From an uncultured Gammaproteobacteria bacterium (GTDB taxonomy: Bacteria; Pseudomonadota; Gammaproteobacteria; JAURND01): a DNA stretch of 64,000 nucleotides. The stretch is taken from the NCBI GenBank assembly GCA_963714975.1, contig CAVQQD010000002.1, positions 416,001 through 480,000 on the forward strand, in the 5' to 3' direction. Position numbers and translations under genes: made by a program. The notes beneath the pieces were generated by a model. That model saw only the letters and a list, made by a program, of their open reading frames with translations, was not told the origin of the DNA and did not search any database. Below are positions 62,577 through 64,000 of this stretch, piece after piece (within the stretch, counting starts at the first letter, position 1; the number at the start of each line of letters is the position of its first letter).

Positions 62577-64000
62577 GAGAAATGAAGACTCCATTGTCAA
62601 CGAAGCCGTGATGCATTTGGCTTCTGTGTTTAGCGAAGAAAATTTTAATGAACCTAGCAGTGAGCAAACAGATGCGCTGTGGATTGCGTGCGAATATATT
62701 TGTCGTGATCTAGCGATGGCTATTCAAAAACCTGCGCGAATTCCTGAACAAGCAAATTATCATAGTTTATTGATGGAAATTGCTCGCGCTTCTTCCTTTC
62801 GAGTTCGCCGCGTAGCGCTAAAAGGGCAGTGGTGGCGTTTTGATAATGGTCCCTTGTTAGTATTTGATGCCAATACTCAATCTCCCCAGGCATTGGTTTT
62901 AGATAAAAAAGGCCAGTACCAATTAATTGATCCGATCACTGGTGACAGACGTTTGGTGGATGAAAAAGTAGCACATGAATTAGCTGGCTTGGGTTATACC
63001 TTTTATAAAAGTTTGGCGAATGCCAAGTTAACCTGGTGGGGATTGCTACGTTTTGCATTCCAAGGACGGACTCGTGATGTTTGGCGAACTTTAGCTTTGC
63101 AAGCGGGTGTGGGTTTGTTCGCACTTTTTATTCCGATTGCGACGGGCATTATTTTAGACATAGCCGTACCCAATGCTAACCTTTCTATCTTAGGTCAATG
63201 GGTAATAGGATTACTGGTTTTCACCCTCGTGGCAGCAATTTTTAATGCCAGCCAAGTTTTGTCATTATTGCGTCTGCGTTTTAAGATGAATGCTTATACC
63301 CAAGGGGCTATTTGGGATCGTTTGTTGCGATTACCGGTAGGTTTTTTTCGTACCTTTACCCCAGGGGATCTTGCTGTAAGAGCCTCGGGTGTTGATACCA
63401 TTCAACAAGATTTGACTGATGCTGCGCTGCAAACCTTACTAAGCGGCGTGTTTTCTATCTTCACTTTTGGGCTGATGATTTATTATTCGTCTTCTTTAGC
63501 GTTGGTTGCATTGGTGTTGTTAGCTTTGTTTGTCGCTGCAATCATTCTGGAAGCTCAAATTGAATTAAAATTTCAGCGTCCGGTAGCAAAATTGGGTGGG
63601 ATGTTAGCTGATTTGATGCTGCAATTTCTCACGAATATCAGTAAATTGCGGGTTTGTCATAGTGAAACCCGGGCCTTTGCAATTTGGGCAAAACAGTTCT
63701 CCAGGAAAAATCGGCTTTTTCTCGGTGCCTCATTGTGGGCCATTCGTTTTTCCATTTTTCGGACCTTGCTGGCAACCTTAGGCATAATTGGCTTATACGG
63801 TTTGGTGGGCAGTAAATTCTCATCTTTGAGTTTTGGTAGTTTTATTGCATTTAATGCGGCTTTTGGGCAATTTTTTGTGTCTGTATTAGGATTGGCGGGA
63901 GTGTTTGCAACGATTATCCGTATCATTCCGCTCTATGAACGTATTCAACCTATTCTGCATGCGCAACCCGAGCGTGATATGGAGGGCATTGATCCAGGAA
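62569..64000 (+). CDS. Second NHLP/NHLM-type ABC transporter subunit, 3'-truncated by window edge
   Basis: Absent from the ORF track (no stop inside the window). ATG overlaps the previous gene: MPKRNEDS...IARASSFRVRRVALKGQWWRFDNGPLL...AIWDRLLRLPVGFFRTFTPGDLAVR...IIPLYERIQPIL. Confidence 0.92.
   Translation, partial: MPKRNEDSIVNEAVMHLASVFSEENFNEPSSEQTDALWIACEYICRDLAMAIQKPARIPEQANYHSLLMEIARASSFRVRRVALKGQWWRFDNGPLLVFDANTQSPQALVLDKKGQYQLIDPITGDRRLVDEKVAHELAGLGYTFYKSLANAKLTWWGLLRFAFQGRTRDVWRTLALQAGVGLFALFIPIATGIILDIAVPNANLSILGQWVIGLLVFTLVAAIFNASQVLSLLRLRFKMNAYTQGAIWDRLLRLPVGFFRTFTPGDLAVRASGVDTIQQDLTDAALQTLLSGVFSIFTFGLMIYYSSSLALVALVLLALFVAAIILEAQIELKFQRPVAKLGGMLADLMLQFLTNISKLRVCHSETRAFAIWAKQFSRKNRLFLGASLWAIRFSIFRTLLATLGIIGLYGLVGSKFSSLSFGSFIAFNAAFGQFFVSVLGLAGVFATIIRIIPLYERIQPILHAQPERDMEGIDPG

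Overview
This 64-kb window looks like the chromosome of a Legionellales/Coxiellales-like gammaproteobacterium, probably host-associated; the taxonomy is inferred from gene content and eukaryote-like proteins. Housekeeping blocks are dsbA-like-dsbD-accB-accC-prmA-fis-purH-purD, mutM, queA, tgt-yajC-secD-secF-plsY-orn and tRNA-Lys(CTT). Between them lie candidate Dot/Icm-type effectors: two proteins ending in a CaaX motif (CIIL), a Sel1-kinase-ankyrin protein, a membrane protein with a putative His-Asn-Cys protease triad, and a ~2540-aa gene split in frame by an IS1380. Several of these carry PmrA-type TTAA-N7-TTAA boxes upstream. The window also has four IS copies (two IS4, one IS1380, one IS701-like), an IS1380-like MITE and several families of palindromic repeats, one of them translated in frame inside PrmA. 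The most striking locus is at the 3' end (57.6-64 kb): four small double-glycine-leader peptide genes followed by an NHLP/NHLM-type secretion system (adaptor, C39-peptidase ABC transporter, second ABC transporter), with no modifying enzyme inside the window. Three cores are Cys-free, Ser/Gln/Phe-rich and beta-patterned, with a 23-residue internal repeat and a RHIM-like (L/I)Q(I/V)G motif; the fourth is a Cys-x-Pro repeat peptide. My hypothesis is a leader-cleaved secreted amyloid/fibre system or host RHIM mimic rather than a classic bacteriocin. All assignments come from reading motifs by eye; no database searches were run.
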